A DNA stretch of 64,000 nt from a virus: IMG/VR virus record IMGVR_UViG_3300010400_000003, positions 1 to 64,000 of that record, one strand, 5' to 3'. Position numbers and translations under genes: made by a program. Below are positions 36,314 to 47,364 of the stretch, in pieces; position 1 is the first letter of the stretch; each line of letters begins with the position of its first letter. Below the pieces are notes generated by a model. It saw only the letters and a list, made by a program, of their open reading frames with translations, searched no databases and was not told the DNA's origin.

Positions 36314-36579
36314 AGTACGTCCGATTTTATCTTCACTCGTTCTTTTACGGCAACCCGTCTCGCGGTCGTGCTGCGGCGTGGCTGTTCGCGGACGCAGCGT
36401 CCGCATTGGTTTGGCTCATCGGCGCGGTTTCACTGTTCGGCTACATCTTGAACACGCCCTATCTTTACGACGGCTGGTTTCGAGGTTCGGTCGCCATGTC
36501 GCCGCAGACCGCGCTGGGATTTCTCCTGACGGGGAGCGCGCTGCTGTTTATCCACCGGGCGAAGGACACGCAGCTATGA
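36310..36579 (+). CDS. membrane protein
   Basis: two TM segments, MSPQTALGF. Confidence 0.65.
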   Translation: MKYVRFYLHSFFYGNPSRGRAAAWLFADAASALVWLIGAVSLFGYILNTPYLYDGWFRGSVAMSPQTALGFLLTGSALLFIHRAKDTQL

Positions 36580-36926
36580 CCCCCGCTGAAGTAAGCTCTT
36601 GGACTGGAATCGGAACAGTGATCGGACTGATCGCGGTCGGCGTGATGAACAAGCTGGACGCGAGAAAGGCGAACAAGGCGGCGGATGCCGCCGCGCTCGC
36701 AGCGCAACATGCAGCCGAAATCGCCAAAGACACTCACACGCTGGTCAACAACAACATGGGAATTGCCCTGCTCCGGGCATGGAATCAGAGCAAGCGGATC
36801 GCTGAGTTGACGGCAGGGACCGCTGGCCACGCCGGAAACGTCGCGGCTGCTGAGGAGGATGAACGCCTGTATCGCAAGCACATGGAAAACCAAGCCATTG
36901 TGGACAGCAAGGTCCGACCGAAATAA
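36576..36926 (+). CDS. membrane-anchored protein
   Basis: N-terminal TM, THTLVNNNM. Confidence 0.65.
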   Translation: MTPAEVSSWTGIGTVIGLIAVGVMNKLDARKANKAADAAALAAQHAAEIAKDTHTLVNNNMGIALLRAWNQSKRIAELTAGTAGHAGNVAAAEEDERLYRKHMENQAIVDSKVRPK

Positions 36927-36968
36927 CCCGTTGCCAAAGCTGGCGGGCGGGACTATGGTTTCCCTCGA

Positions 36969-37217
36969 ATGAAATACCTGCTTACCCCAATGCTGGCGGA
37001 ACTGAGCGGTGAGGGAATGGTTCATCAACTCCTGTTCGTGCTGGTGGTTGGAATCTGCGTGCTGGCAATCTGGTGGGTCGGGCGATGGTTCATCACGAAA
37101 CTTGGCGCCCCGCCGGTTGCAATGACTGTCTGGAACGGCCTGTTCATCCTTCTCGGATTGATCGTGGTTGTGAATTTCCTGCTCGGCCTCGTCGGCCATC
37201 CTTTCATCAAGTGGTAA
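36969..37217 (+). CDS. small membrane protein
   Basis: two long TM helices. Confidence 0.7.
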   Translation: MKYLLTPMLAELSGEGMVHQLLFVLVVGICVLAIWWVGRWFITKLGAPPVAMTVWNGLFILLGLIVVVNFLLGLVGHPFIKW

Positions 37218-37242
37218 ACACGCAGAAACCAAAACAAAAACT

Positions 37243-37581
37243 ATGGCATCAACTCGCGGCAAGAAAATCCTCCCTCTGTTTATCAGTTGGCATGTGCCCC
37301 CGTCGCTCGATCCGAGCGGCGATGTCATCACTCCCGGCAAGTGGGTCGTGAACCCTCCCGGCGTCATTGACCGGCCCGACATGGTGGACCGATTCCGGGA
37401 AACCCTTCCGCCGTTCCAGCAGGACAAGACGTACGTGATGAACGTGTACGTTCCCGTCATCAACGACCGGCTGGACATTGACCGGCTCGGCAGTCAAATC
37501 GCAGGCCCCGGAGCGGAGCGTTCGGCAAACGCGGCGCTGGCGGATATTGACAAGCTGCCGACGTTCTACGAAGCGGCGTGA
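37243..37581 (+). CDS. hypothetical protein
   Basis: ORF. Confidence 0.6.
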   Translation: MASTRGKKILPLFISWHVPPSLDPSGDVITPGKWVVNPPGVIDRPDMVDRFRETLPPFQQDKTYVMNVYVPVINDRLDIDRLGSQIAGPGAERSANAALADIDKLPTFYEAA

Positions 37582-37904
37582 AGCGGATTGGCCTTTTGCT
37601 CGCTGCCTGCGCGCTGTTCGCCTTGAGCGCCATCGCCCAAACGAACGGCATCGTTTCTCGCCGCATCGTAAAGAACTATTTGGTGCCAGCCGGGACAGCC
37701 CCTCTGACCGGCAACGAAAGCCGGGCTGGTTCAAAATGGGGACACACGAACATTTGGAGCACTGAGACAGTTGTGCTCGTCGGGCCGGGGCTTCCGCTGT
37801 TCACAAACCGAGTGCCGTTCAAGACCAACGTGACGTGGAAGCACTGGCCGGTGACTCCGCTACACAGTCCGAAAACAAAACCTGAAACCAAAACGAAAAT
37901 ATGA
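37578..37904 (+). CDS. secreted hypothetical protein
   Basis: Sec-type leader ending AIA. Confidence 0.6.
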   Translation: MKRIGLLLAACALFALSAIAQTNGIVSRRIVKNYLVPAGTAPLTGNESRAGSKWGHTNIWSTETVVLVGPGLPLFTNRVPFKTNVTWKHWPVTPLHSPKTKPETKTKI

Positions 37905-38410
37905 AACGAATGTTTGCCGCTCTATCGGTCGCGCTTTGCGTAATCGCCTTTACCGGCTGTGCCGGGAGGCTGACCCCGCAAGGCGCCGCCTCAGCCACGG
38001 CGTTGGCCGTGTACGCGTTCGGTGAAAACAACCCGAAGATCACCGAAAACATGCGGCGGTTTCAACCCGTCGCGTGCGACCTGGCGAAAAACCAAGGCGC
38101 GACCATTGAGGACATTGTTGGCGTGATTCAAAACACGGGCGACCTGGACAAAGACACCAAGAAGGTGTTGCTGGTCATTTCCACGATCTACCAGACCGCC
38201 GTGCTGCCGCACGGCACGAACACTGTCAGCACCCACCCGTATTTGGAGGCTGTGATTTGCGAGGGATGGGGAACGGGGTTGAGTTTATTGCCATACCCGC
38301 CCGATCCAACTCCGCCGCCGTCACTCAGCCGAAACGCGCCGCCAGCAAAGGTGGTCCGAGCGAAGTCGCCCAAGAAGCTACCGCCCGCCAAGTGGTTCAT
38401 TGTGAAGTAG
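37901..38410 (+). CDS. lipoprotein (possibly spanin-related)
   Basis: lipobox FTGC, Pro-rich tail. Confidence 0.65.
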   Translation: MKRMFAALSVALCVIAFTGCAGRLTPQGAASATALAVYAFGENNPKITENMRRFQPVACDLAKNQGATIEDIVGVIQNTGDLDKDTKKVLLVISTIYQTAVLPHGTNTVSTHPYLEAVICEGWGTGLSLLPYPPDPTPPPSLSRNAPPAKVVRAKSPKKLPPAKWFIVK

Positions 38411-38413
38411 CCG

Positions 38414-38770
38414 ATGCGACATTGGCTGCCGCTGTTCAATCGCTGTCCGCCCGCGCAGTGCCGCCTGCTCGCGCGCAAGAAGCGCGGAACGGAATGGATG
38501 TCCGTCCGGGACATCGCTTTTTCCTCCGGGCTTTCTCGGGCCGAGGTTGGAAAGCTGCAATTCAAAACCGACTGGAACCGGGTCGAGGTCGAGACGATGC
38601 ACCGCTTCAGTCTGGCTTGCGGGGTGAACCTGTTGAGTTTGTCCGAGCACCGGGATTTCACGCGGCGCCGCCAACTCGTTTACCTGCGGCGGCTCACGGT
38701 GTCCCAGCGGCGACTTCACGACAAGCTGGTGGACCTGCTTTTGAGCAGCCGGAGGAAATCCTCGGCCTGA
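38414..38770 (+). CDS. HTH DNA-binding protein
   Basis: MSVRDIAFSSGLSRAEVGKL. Confidence 0.6.
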   Translation: MRHWLPLFNRCPPAQCRLLARKKRGTEWMSVRDIAFSSGLSRAEVGKLQFKTDWNRVEVETMHRFSLACGVNLLSLSEHRDFTRRRQLVYLRRLTVSQRRLHDKLVDLLLSSRRKSSA

Positions 38771-38899
38771 ATCTGTGATCCAACGGAGGACGGCTTTGCC
38801 GGGCGATGTTCGGCGACGGCTGCCAATTTTGAACCAAATGTGACTCACCGCCGAGGTAATATCCCTTGCACATTTCACACCATTCTGGCCGCTCGTCGC

Positions 38900-40516
38900 T
38901 CATAGATGGATTACCGTCCCTGTGTTCTGCCGCTTCCCGACGTTCATCCGGTCCTCCTGCGTGATGATTTCCTCCGCGCACTCGGCGATCAACGGGTAGC
39001 TCAAGGCGTCGAAGATGTGCTTGTTCTCGTCGTTGACGACGAAATTGAGCCGGCCAGCGCCTTTCTTGAGGTCGCGCAGCATCCGCTGGACGGCCACGCA
39101 TTGGGCGCTCACATGCAGCCGGCCTTGGGAGAGCAGTTTCTTGACGAGATTGATCCGCGCGCGAACCGAGCCGTTCGGCTTTGGCACTCCAATGACGGTT
39201 AGGCGGCCCTTGGAAGCGGCGAGGATTTCCAGCGCCGTGTAGGTGTTTCCGGCCGCGCTGTACTTCTCCAGCGCCGACGAGTCGGAATACGACGCCTCCA
39301 GATTGAACTCACGCCCGGAGTCGGACTCAATGTCCTCGATCAACCCCATGAAGGCGATCGTGAAATCCTCGATGGACACCCAATCGCCATGCCTGTCAGC
39401 GAAGTTCTCCATCTTGCCCGACTTGCCGACGCTCTCAAGTTCTTCGAGGACGTTGAAGTGCTTGCGGTCGCCGATGTAGAGGCGGTCAATGATGACGCCC
39501 GCGTGGTTGGCGTCGCCAGGGTCGAGGCCCGTCACCAAGTCAATCGAGCCGCGTGATGGCTTGATGACCTCGTAATCGTCCTCGCTGGCGAACTCGATGC
39601 TGCCCAAGACGTGGATCGCCGGTTTGAAGAACGACCGGAAGTGCCGCGACTGGTCGCCGTCGCCCCAAATCCATTTGCCCATCACATCTCGCGCGTACAG
39701 GCCGGGATCGTGCCGGCACTGCTCTTTGAGTTGGCGCAGCAGCCTCGGGTCGAGGCGCAGATTGTCCTCCGGGATCATGGTGATAACCTGCCGCTCGGCC
39801 ATTGACTGCCGCCAGTCCGGCTGCGGCAACGGCTCGTAACCCTCAGCTTCGCAGCCGGCGACGTATTCATCGTAGGACAGCTTTGGCTCGACGAACCACG
39901 TCTTGTAAATCCATGAGTCCGGACCGCGGGGAGACGGATTGGTGTCGGCAATCCACAGGTGATCTTCGTATCTCAGATGCGGCATCCGCAGGCACGCCGA
40001 GGTGGTCGAGAGCACAATCCGGTCGGAGTCCTCCTTGTCGAACGCCATCAACTCGGGAAAGTAAATGCCGCTGAACTCCTGAGACTTCACCTTGTCAACG
40101 ACATCGGGAACGTGGTCGAGCGAGAACAGCCGGCACTCGGATTCTCCGCCGTAACGGTTGCGGATGCTGAAATAAGGCGTGCGCGTGTCGCCGATGACTT
40201 TCCACCCGGGTTTGCCGTCGTTGTTGAAGCTCGTGTAATTGAAGCCAATACCGGCGCCGATCCATTCCGGGATGGTGACGCGGTGGAGGCTCTGCCAAGT
40301 GCCGCCCTCCTTCGAGTTCTTGATCGTTGGCGCGAACATGGCGAAGCTGGCGCCGGGAGTGTCGTACATGTGGCGGACGATTCGATGGAGCACCGCCCAG
40401 GTCTTGGCTGAAAATCTCGGGCCTTCAACGAGCAGAAACCGCGCGGTCGAATTGAACACATCCCATTGCAGACCGTGCTTGTTTGCGTTGAGGTCAGGAG
40501 CCCACGGTTGCGACAT
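38900..40516 (-). CDS. terL: terminase large subunit
   Basis: GPRFSAKT Walker A, IYFPE Walker B, DTNP, GLDPG nuclease motif, KHIFDALSY. Confidence 0.88.
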   Translation of the reverse strand: MSQPWAPDLNANKHGLQWDVFNSTARFLLVEGPRFSAKTWAVLHRIVRHMYDTPGASFAMFAPTIKNSKEGGTWQSLHRVTIPEWIGAGIGFNYTSFNNDGKPGWKVIGDTRTPYFSIRNRYGGESECRLFSLDHVPDVVDKVKSQEFSGIYFPELMAFDKEDSDRIVLSTTSACLRMPHLRYEDHLWIADTNPSPRGPDSWIYKTWFVEPKLSYDEYVAGCEAEGYEPLPQPDWRQSMAERQVITMIPEDNLRLDPRLLRQLKEQCRHDPGLYARDVMGKWIWGDGDQSRHFRSFFKPAIHVLGSIEFASEDDYEVIKPSRGSIDLVTGLDPGDANHAGVIIDRLYIGDRKHFNVLEELESVGKSGKMENFADRHGDWVSIEDFTIAFMGLIEDIESDSGREFNLEASYSDSSALEKYSAAGNTYTALEILAASKGRLTVIGVPKPNGSVRARINLVKKLLSQGRLHVSAQCVAVQRMLRDLKKGAGRLNFVVNDENKHIFDALSYPLIAECAEEIITQEDRMNVGKRQNTGTVIHL

Positions 40517-40568
40517 GCGCCCAAAATAGCCCTTGCGCGGGGCGGGCGGCAAGTCTTAGAGTCGCGGC
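40517..40568. promoter_or_regulatory. overlapping divergent leaderless promoters
   Basis: plus strand TTGCGC-18-TAGAGT-6-GTG; minus strand TTGCCG-18-TATTTT-6-ATG. Confidence 0.55.
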
Positions 40569-42971
40569 GTGGTTGACCTCGATCTCGTCAAATGCGACAG
40601 CGACTTTCTGAAAGGAAGGTTCGATGCGGATGAAGCCAAGCGCACCGGCACGGCGGACGAGAAGAAAAAGGTTACGGACCTGCTCAACCGCATCCGCTCG
40701 CGCGTTCAGGAGGGAATGTCCCGCAATCTTGCCGACTGGCAATGGGTGTACGCGGTGGACAAGGCGCTGGACACGCCGTTCCGTCAGTTTTACCCGCGGC
40801 TTTTCGGCGCGCTCGAAGGCGGGGACCTCAAGGGCTGCTGCGACATCATGCGCGGGCTGAACCTCGACAACTGCATCAGCGTCACGAAGGACAAGGACGG
40901 CAAGGAGTCGTATTCGGTGAACGAGGAAAACTTCGTCATCTTGGTCGGCCTGTGCTCGTCATACCTCAAAGCCCGCTGGGCGAAGATCACCAACGACCGC
41001 CGGGCAAACCCGTTCCACAAATACGAGCCGGCGAAACTCACGACGGTCAACCGGACGAAATGCGAAGTCATCACCGACCGGGTGCAGGTGATGAGCGACC
41101 AGTACGGCTACTTCGAGGTTTTCAAGCAGGCCGTTCACAAGATGCTGGCCTACTCGTTTGCCATCGCGTTCATCAAAGAGGAGTGGCATACGGAGGAGCA
41201 GCAACGGACGGCGACGGTGAAGGACGCGCTGGAATCCGGCAATGGAGAGAGCGGCGAGCCGAAGGTCAAGGTGGGCGATCCGGTGGACGAGATCGTGAAG
41301 GAGGGCCTGCGTTACGACCTGCCCAAACCAAACCGCGTTTACCGCGACTTGGCGCACCCGCTCTACACGATCAACACCGACACCGGTTGCCAGTTCGGAG
41401 GCTATTGGCAAATCGTGCGGTATCGCGAGTTGAAGAACGCTGGGTTCTGGAACGACGACAAGATTTCGCTCGGCAACGGGACCAACCCGCTGGTGGATTA
41501 TGGCAGCCAGTACTTCCAAGTTTACGACAACGCGATCAAGGTCGCCCCGTGCTGGCGACAGCCGACGGTGGACGACACGGCGGTTGCTCCAGGCGCGAAC
41601 ACGAGCACCAACCTCGAAGCGAACTTGGCCAACCAGTGGTACGGCACGGACCATCTGGACCAGGGCGCGCTCGTCACGAATCATTTCGAGAAACTGGTGC
41701 CGAAAGACAACGGGCTGGGAGACTATCCGCATCCGGTGTGGTTCAGGTTCGTCATGGCGGGCGACGGCTGCACCGTCCTGTGGGCGTGCGCGCTGCCACA
41801 TATCCCGATGTGGTACATGGGCTACGACGCCGACGAGTCGCGCGCCAAGAATCCTTCACTGGTGATGGAGATTCTGCCGTACCAGTACCAGTTCGAGACG
41901 GCGCTTTCGCAGATCATCCTGAGCAACCGGCAAAACCTGTCTAACCTGACGCTGCTCAATACCGACGTGCTGGACGACAAGCAGGATTGGGTTAAGGAGA
42001 TCGCCGGCTGGGGGAACACGATTTGGAAGAAGCTCAACATCGTTCCGGCGTCATTCAAGCGGCTGAACCGGCTGCTGCAAAGCAATTCGAGATCGCAGCA
42101 GGAGATGGGGATTTCATTGACACTACCTAAGGCGAGCCTGCAAGAACAGATTGCTGTGGCCAACATGGTTCTCGCCACGTTGGAGCGGGCGCTTGGAATG
42201 TCGAATCAGGAGATTGCCCAAACGGCCAGCCACGAGATTTCCGCGACCGAGACGCGCAACCTGGCGGCGGCCACGAGCAACCGGCTGACCTTCACGGCGA
42301 CCGCAGCCGACATCGGACGCGATGCGTGGAAGAAGCAGAGTTACGCCTACCTGATGGCCTTCGGAGACGACGACTTTTATGGGCACATTCCCGCCGACAA
42401 CCCGATCACCCAAGAGCAACTTGAGAAGATGGGCTTTACCTACGTGGACCATGATGACTTGGCTGGTACGGAGAAATACCGGCGAGTACGCGCCAAAAAA
42501 GAGACATTGGCGCTCCCGCTCCACGAATTCGCGAGCACGCGCGACGGCGAGGACCGCACCAGCGACTCAGCCATCGCGGCGGTGATGGCGACCTTGGCCC
42601 GAGACGTGATGAACAACCCGATGCTGGCCCAAGCGGTCGGAGCGGAACAAGGGTTGCAATGGATCAACGCCATCGGTTACTTCTCGGGGATGCCGAGGGA
42701 CTTCAAGTTGCGCATGGCCGGGAAGCCGCTGGAGCAGCAGCAGGCCGAGATTCAGCAGATGCTCAAACAGGTCGCAGAGCAAACGCTGGCGGCGGCGGAT
42801 GAGCACATCATCAAGGCGATCACACCGCTGGTGGAGCAGGTGAAATCGCTCGGGCAGGAGATGGCTCTGGTCACTCGCTTTTTGGGTATCGCGGCGAACG
42901 GAAACGGGAACGGCGGGCCGCCGCTGGTCACGCCTCCCGGAAATGCTCCGATGATGTCACCGAGGATGTGA
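40569..42971 (+). CDS. portal protein
   Basis: 800 aa, next to TerL and upstream of scaffold/capsid; SATE motif; Q-rich tail. Confidence 0.75.
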   Translation: MVDLDLVKCDSDFLKGRFDADEAKRTGTADEKKKVTDLLNRIRSRVQEGMSRNLADWQWVYAVDKALDTPFRQFYPRLFGALEGGDLKGCCDIMRGLNLDNCISVTKDKDGKESYSVNEENFVILVGLCSSYLKARWAKITNDRRANPFHKYEPAKLTTVNRTKCEVITDRVQVMSDQYGYFEVFKQAVHKMLAYSFAIAFIKEEWHTEEQQRTATVKDALESGNGESGEPKVKVGDPVDEIVKEGLRYDLPKPNRVYRDLAHPLYTINTDTGCQFGGYWQIVRYRELKNAGFWNDDKISLGNGTNPLVDYGSQYFQVYDNAIKVAPCWRQPTVDDTAVAPGANTSTNLEANLANQWYGTDHLDQGALVTNHFEKLVPKDNGLGDYPHPVWFRFVMAGDGCTVLWACALPHIPMWYMGYDADESRAKNPSLVMEILPYQYQFETALSQIILSNRQNLSNLTLLNTDVLDDKQDWVKEIAGWGNTIWKKLNIVPASFKRLNRLLQSNSRSQQEMGISLTLPKASLQEQIAVANMVLATLERALGMSNQEIAQTASHEISATETRNLAAATSNRLTFTATAADIGRDAWKKQSYAYLMAFGDDDFYGHIPADNPITQEQLEKMGFTYVDHDDLAGTEKYRRVRAKKETLALPLHEFASTRDGEDRTSDSAIAAVMATLARDVMNNPMLAQAVGAEQGLQWINAIGYFSGMPRDFKLRMAGKPLEQQQAEIQQMLKQVAEQTLAAADEHIIKAITPLVEQVKSLGQEMALVTRFLGIAANGNGNGGPPLVTPPGNAPMMSPRM

Positions 42972-43183
42972 ACGCGGGCCACAAACATTCTACGCGATGG
43001 GGCTTTGGCGAAACCCTGTATCACAAGATGACTGGCGGCAAGGGCATGGTGACTGGCATCATTCTCCGCCACAATGCGCCCCCGATTTACGGAATGGTGT
43101 TCTCGGATGACGTGTCCGAGAAGAACTGTTACGAGTTCGAGTTGACCGAGGAACAACCGACCGTAGTGACGAACGACACATGA
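42968..43183 (+). CDS. hypothetical protein
   Basis: coupled ORF. Confidence 0.6.
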   Translation: MNAGHKHSTRWGFGETLYHKMTGGKGMVTGIILRHNAPPIYGMVFSDDVSEKNCYEFELTEEQPTVVTNDT

Positions 43184-43452
43184 ACACCGAGAGTTGCGAT
43201 TGCAGGAATGTTGGCCCCGGAAAGATCGAAAAGGTTGGCGACTTCGCTTTTGATGAAGATTTCACGCACATTTACATTTGGATTCCTGGCATCAAGGGGC
43301 CAGACGCGATTCAGATTCAAAAAGGACCGGCTGGCGGCAATCGCGTTTGGGGATGGGATGGGAACGTGGACAAGCCGACGCTCACTCCAAGCATCCACTG
43401 CCTCGGCGAGTGGCATGGGCATTTGGTAGCCGGGAGATTGGTTTCATGCTGA
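43180..43452 (+). CDS. DUF6527-like protein
   Basis: WGWDGNVDKPTLTPSI...WHGHLVAG. Confidence 0.7.
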   Translation: MNTESCDCRNVGPGKIEKVGDFAFDEDFTHIYIWIPGIKGPDAIQIQKGPAGGNRVWGWDGNVDKPTLTPSIHCLGEWHGHLVAGRLVSC

Positions 43453-43766
43453 ACATTCAACCCATCGCGCTTCCTGAAGTCGTAGCCAACAGCATCCGCA
43501 AGTGGCTGGGCGCGGACGGCGCGGCCGACTTCATGCAATGGCTGGTGACGCTCGACGCAATCCTGACGGCGGAGGCTGGAAATCTGCTCTTGCAGGCTGC
43601 CGAGGACCCGTCCAAGGTGGACGAAGCGCGGGCGAAGGCGGACGAGGCGGCGGAGATTCGCCGGTTCATCGAGCGCATCAATAAGGCCAGGACGAAAGAC
43701 TTTCAATTTGAACAGTGCGAGATCGCGCCGGTTACGGTAAGCCAAACCCCGAACCTCGACACCTGA
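43446..43766 (+). CDS. hypothetical helical protein
   Basis: ORF between portal and scaffold. Confidence 0.6.
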   Translation: MLNIQPIALPEVVANSIRKWLGADGAADFMQWLVTLDAILTAEAGNLLLQAAEDPSKVDEARAKADEAAEIRRFIERINKARTKDFQFEQCEIAPVTVSQTPNLDT

Positions 43767-44039
43767 ACAGTGAATCGCCTGCGAGAATTCAATGGGGTGA
43801 AATTAAAGTTTGACGATTACGCGGCCATCGCGACGTGCATCATCGCCAACATCTATGTGTGGTTCGTCCTCTATCGCAAGTTGCTGTCCCTCAAATGAGG
43901 CTGAAACTTATTGTCACCACTGCGACGACTGGCATTCATCCAGAGTTCGCTGCTCAACCGTGCAGCACGAAACTGAGGCTGCTATCTTGCAGGCCGTTGC
44001 GAAGTGTGATTCCATTCCTCAAGTGAACCAATCAAACCT

Positions 44040-45518
44040 ATGACCCAATCCCCAGAACTCGTCATCAAACGCACCCAAGTTATCGTGGACGCGCCCAAGC
44101 CGCCGCCCGAGCCTGAGAAGGTGAAGCTGCCGGAGACGGAGGCGGAATTGCAGCAACGCCGCAAGGACGTGGAGGCGGCGATGTGGGGGCCGAAGCCAAA
44201 GCCTGCGCCTGCCGCTCCTGAACCGGAAACCACCGCCGATGCCGCGCCGCCCGCGCTGGACGAAGGTGGCGCACCTGCTGCCGCCGCGCCCGCCGCTGCT
44301 GCTCCACCCGCTCCCGCCCCGGTTGACACCGATGCGCTGATCGCCAAGACGGCGGCCAAGATCGGAGAGGAAGTGGGCAAGGCGATGGATCGCCAGCCGG
44401 CGAAACCCGAGCCAGAGCCGGAGGCCGAACCAGAACTCACGCCCGAGGACGCACGCGACGCCGAGATCATCGCCAAGATGGAAGAACTCGATCCGTCAGT
44501 CAAAGGCAAGGCGGAGGCGTTCAAGGCGTTTGCCCTGCGGCGGTATGACTACGAAACGGCGTGGCGCGAGAAACACCCAGGCGCGACGTTCAATCCCGAC
44601 GACGCCGAGCACGAGGAATTTTACAAAGGCCAGCCCGAGATTGACCCGGACGCTTTTCAGGAGGCCAAGGACGAATTGCGCGTGGATCGAAAGGTCGCGC
44701 AGCGGCTCAAGCCGATTGAGGAAAAGACGGCGGCCGACGAGCGCCGGACAAAGACCGACCAATCCATCGCCGCCGCCGCACCCAAGATCGCCTCGAACGT
44801 GTCGGAAAAGATTCTGGACACGGTTGGCCGGGTCAGCGCCGACGTAGCTGCGTTGCTCAAAGACATGAACCCGCTGGCGCTCAAGCCGGAGGAAATCGCG
44901 ACGCTCGAAGAAGCCGACCCGATCGTGGCCGAGGTCTTGGGGCCGCTGGTGACGAACCAGTTGGCGCCGATGCTCATTGAGTTGGAAAAGTCGGTTGCGC
45001 CCGGCGCGGAGTACGCGCTCGACCCGCGCACCAACCCGGTCCATGCCGAGATCGCCCGCTACCTTGGCAAGTTCGAGGAGTCCAAACCTGGCCTGCGCGA
45101 AGGGCGAGAGTTCCTGACGCTGGCCGAGATGAACCGCCGGTCGCTCGCGATTCTGAACGGCAAAGGCTCGGACGAGGCCAAGCGTGGCAGGCTGGACGAC
45201 CTGCAATCGCGCCACTGGACGGCCACGGTGGACGACATCCAAAAGACCATCGTGGACGACATTTCGACCCGCGCGAAGGCCGCGGTGGACCGCATTGACG
45301 GCCTCGGCAGGCGCAAGTACAAGCCTGAACCGAAAACGACCGCCGCAAAACCCGCCGCGCAGCCGACAGCACCAGAACCGCCGCAGCAGCCCGCCGCCAA
45401 CGGAAAACCACGCCCGCCTGCGGTCGCTTCGCAGGCTACTGTGATGGACACCTCGCGCGCCGGCAAACAAGCCGGCAAATCTTTTGGACAAACCGCTGTT
45501 GAGGTTCATTGGGGCTGA
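44040..45518 (+). CDS. putative scaffolding protein
   Basis: P/A/E-rich, directly upstream of capsid gene. Confidence 0.7.
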   Translation: MTQSPELVIKRTQVIVDAPKPPPEPEKVKLPETEAELQQRRKDVEAAMWGPKPKPAPAAPEPETTADAAPPALDEGGAPAAAAPAAAAPPAPAPVDTDALIAKTAAKIGEEVGKAMDRQPAKPEPEPEAEPELTPEDARDAEIIAKMEELDPSVKGKAEAFKAFALRRYDYETAWREKHPGATFNPDDAEHEEFYKGQPEIDPDAFQEAKDELRVDRKVAQRLKPIEEKTAADERRTKTDQSIAAAAPKIASNVSEKILDTVGRVSADVAALLKDMNPLALKPEEIATLEEADPIVAEVLGPLVTNQLAPMLIELEKSVAPGAEYALDPRTNPVHAEIARYLGKFEESKPGLREGREFLTLAEMNRRSLAILNGKGSDEAKRGRLDDLQSRHWTATVDDIQKTIVDDISTRAKAAVDRIDGLGRRKYKPEPKTTAAKPAAQPTAPEPPQQPAANGKPRPPAVASQATVMDTSRAGKQAGKSFGQTAVEVHWG

Positions 45519-45572
45519 TAGAGTTTTTCCAGCCGAAACGCCGTTTGGATCCGGCGCGGACGCGGAAAAACT

Positions 45573-47339
45573 ATGGCTGATCGTTTCCTGGAGACACCGT
45601 GTCAGGTGTCCATTTCCAATAACTACGACACCTGCGGGACCATCACACGCGCGTCTATCGCGCATCTGACCCCCACCCAACTCGAATCGCTGTTCAAGCC
45701 CGGCGGACTGTTCGCCGACATGGACGCTTGGTTTCGCACCTCGTTTGAAATGCAGGCGTGCGGGACCCGCACCAACGGCATGTACGAGTGGCTGATGTCC
45801 TCGAACAAGCAGATGGGGCATCTGGTCAACACCCGGAAGGTCGAGAAAGGTCCTGGATTGGTCGAGCCGTTCGTGCTCGGTCGCCAGAATTCCGTCATCA
45901 ACAACGATTATTGGGCGCTCACCGGCGGCGTGGCCAACAGCGGTTACACGCCCGACACACCAGCCAACGCCGGCACGGGCGCCATCAGCGCCGGCCCGCT
46001 GACGACCGCTCAGAAGGCGCTTGGAGCCGCTGGCGATCGCGTCATCCGCGTCATCACCCGCTACGGTTTTGAACTGACGGCTAACTGGTTCGTCTCCAAA
46101 GATCGCGTGATGATCTTCGGCAAGGCGACGGGAGGTTATTCGACCCGCGGACAGTGGCGCGTACTCGCCGCGGCTGCCAACACGGCCGGGACTTATGTGG
46201 ACGTGCTCGTCACGAGTGAGAACGGCGGATCGGCAACGCCCTACGACACCGCGCCGACGACTGGCGTGTTGCTGGCACTCGGCAACAACGTCAACGATTA
46301 CGAAAGCTGGTGCTACAACCGGCCCACGCAAGATCCGCGCAAGCGCGTGCCGTTCTGGTATCAGACGATGCGCCGCACCCGCTGCGTCAGCCAGCAATAC
46401 CGCGAGGTCTTTGCCCGTCTCATGGAGTCCAACAAATACTTCCAGGAGTTCGGCGACCTGCCGCTGGCCGAGCGCAACCGCCAGGACGAGGAAGAATACC
46501 AGCACCGCTGGGTCAACACGTTCTTTTGGGGCAAGGCCATTTCCGCCAACCAGACGCTCGCCAACTGGCAGTCGCTCGACCAGATCACGACCGTCTCGGG
46601 TGTCAACGCCGATCCGGCGATCGTCGGAAACCTCATCTCCTACCGCGCCAACATGGTCGGCGTGTACGAGCAGCTTCGCGCCTGCGGTCGCGTGCGCGAT
46701 CTCCAGAACAACAAGCTGAACTTCTACGAGTTCCTGGACGAGATTTACAACATCTACCGCGCCCGCAAGTCCCAGGGCAAGCCGGCCAACTCGATTGACG
46801 TTTACACCGATTCCGTCACGGCGGCCAACTTCGAGACGGCGGCGATCAACTACTACAAGAACGAGTACGGCGACATCCTGCGCATCCCGCTCGAAGTCAC
46901 CGAAGGCCAGAACATGACGCTCGGGTTCGCTTGGCGCTCGTACAAGTTCAAGCGCCCGCTGGGCGTGACGGTGAACATCATCACCCACGAGTTCTTCGAC
47001 GACATGCTCAACGCGGGCATGACCGAATCGGTCGGTTCGAGCACGCGGTTCATGGCGATTCTCGATCTCGGAAAGGGTGGCTCAATCTACCCCGGCCTGA
47101 TCGCCACGAACATGAAGAAGCGCACGCACGGCGAGCTTGAGCAGATGGCTCGGATTGACTCCACGGTAAAGTGCGTCATGGAAAGCGTGACGGAGGAATT
47201 CTCGCTGATGTCGGAATCAGTTACCGCCATAAATGACTGTCCAGCAAACAGCCTTTGGTTGGAGGGGCTACAAGACGCTGTTCCCTCGACTGCCGGTAAA
47301 TCCGGGGACTACTATAACCTGTACGTCGATTTGTATTAA
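45573..47339 (+). CDS. major capsid protein
   Basis: position after scaffold, strong codon bias, followed by terminator. Confidence 0.75.
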   Translation: MADRFLETPCQVSISNNYDTCGTITRASIAHLTPTQLESLFKPGGLFADMDAWFRTSFEMQACGTRTNGMYEWLMSSNKQMGHLVNTRKVEKGPGLVEPFVLGRQNSVINNDYWALTGGVANSGYTPDTPANAGTGAISAGPLTTAQKALGAAGDRVIRVITRYGFELTANWFVSKDRVMIFGKATGGYSTRGQWRVLAAAANTAGTYVDVLVTSENGGSATPYDTAPTTGVLLALGNNVNDYESWCYNRPTQDPRKRVPFWYQTMRRTRCVSQQYREVFARLMESNKYFQEFGDLPLAERNRQDEEEYQHRWVNTFFWGKAISANQTLANWQSLDQITTVSGVNADPAIVGNLISYRANMVGVYEQLRACGRVRDLQNNKLNFYEFLDEIYNIYRARKSQGKPANSIDVYTDSVTAANFETAAINYYKNEYGDILRIPLEVTEGQNMTLGFAWRSYKFKRPLGVTVNIITHEFFDDMLNAGMTESVGSSTRFMAILDLGKGGSIYPGLIATNMKKRTHGELEQMARIDSTVKCVMESVTEEFSLMSESVTAINDCPANSLWLEGLQDAVPSTAGKSGDYYNLYVDLY

Positions 47340-47364
47340 GTTTCTGTAATTCAGCTACTTACAC

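Noticed and set aside
36017-38410. Endolysin next to the holin
   Set aside because: No peptidoglycan hydrolase motif recognised; it may lie outside the window or be too divergent.
44496-46988. 830-aa minus-strand ORF
   Set aside because: Antisense shadow of the GC-biased scaffold and capsid genes; no motifs.
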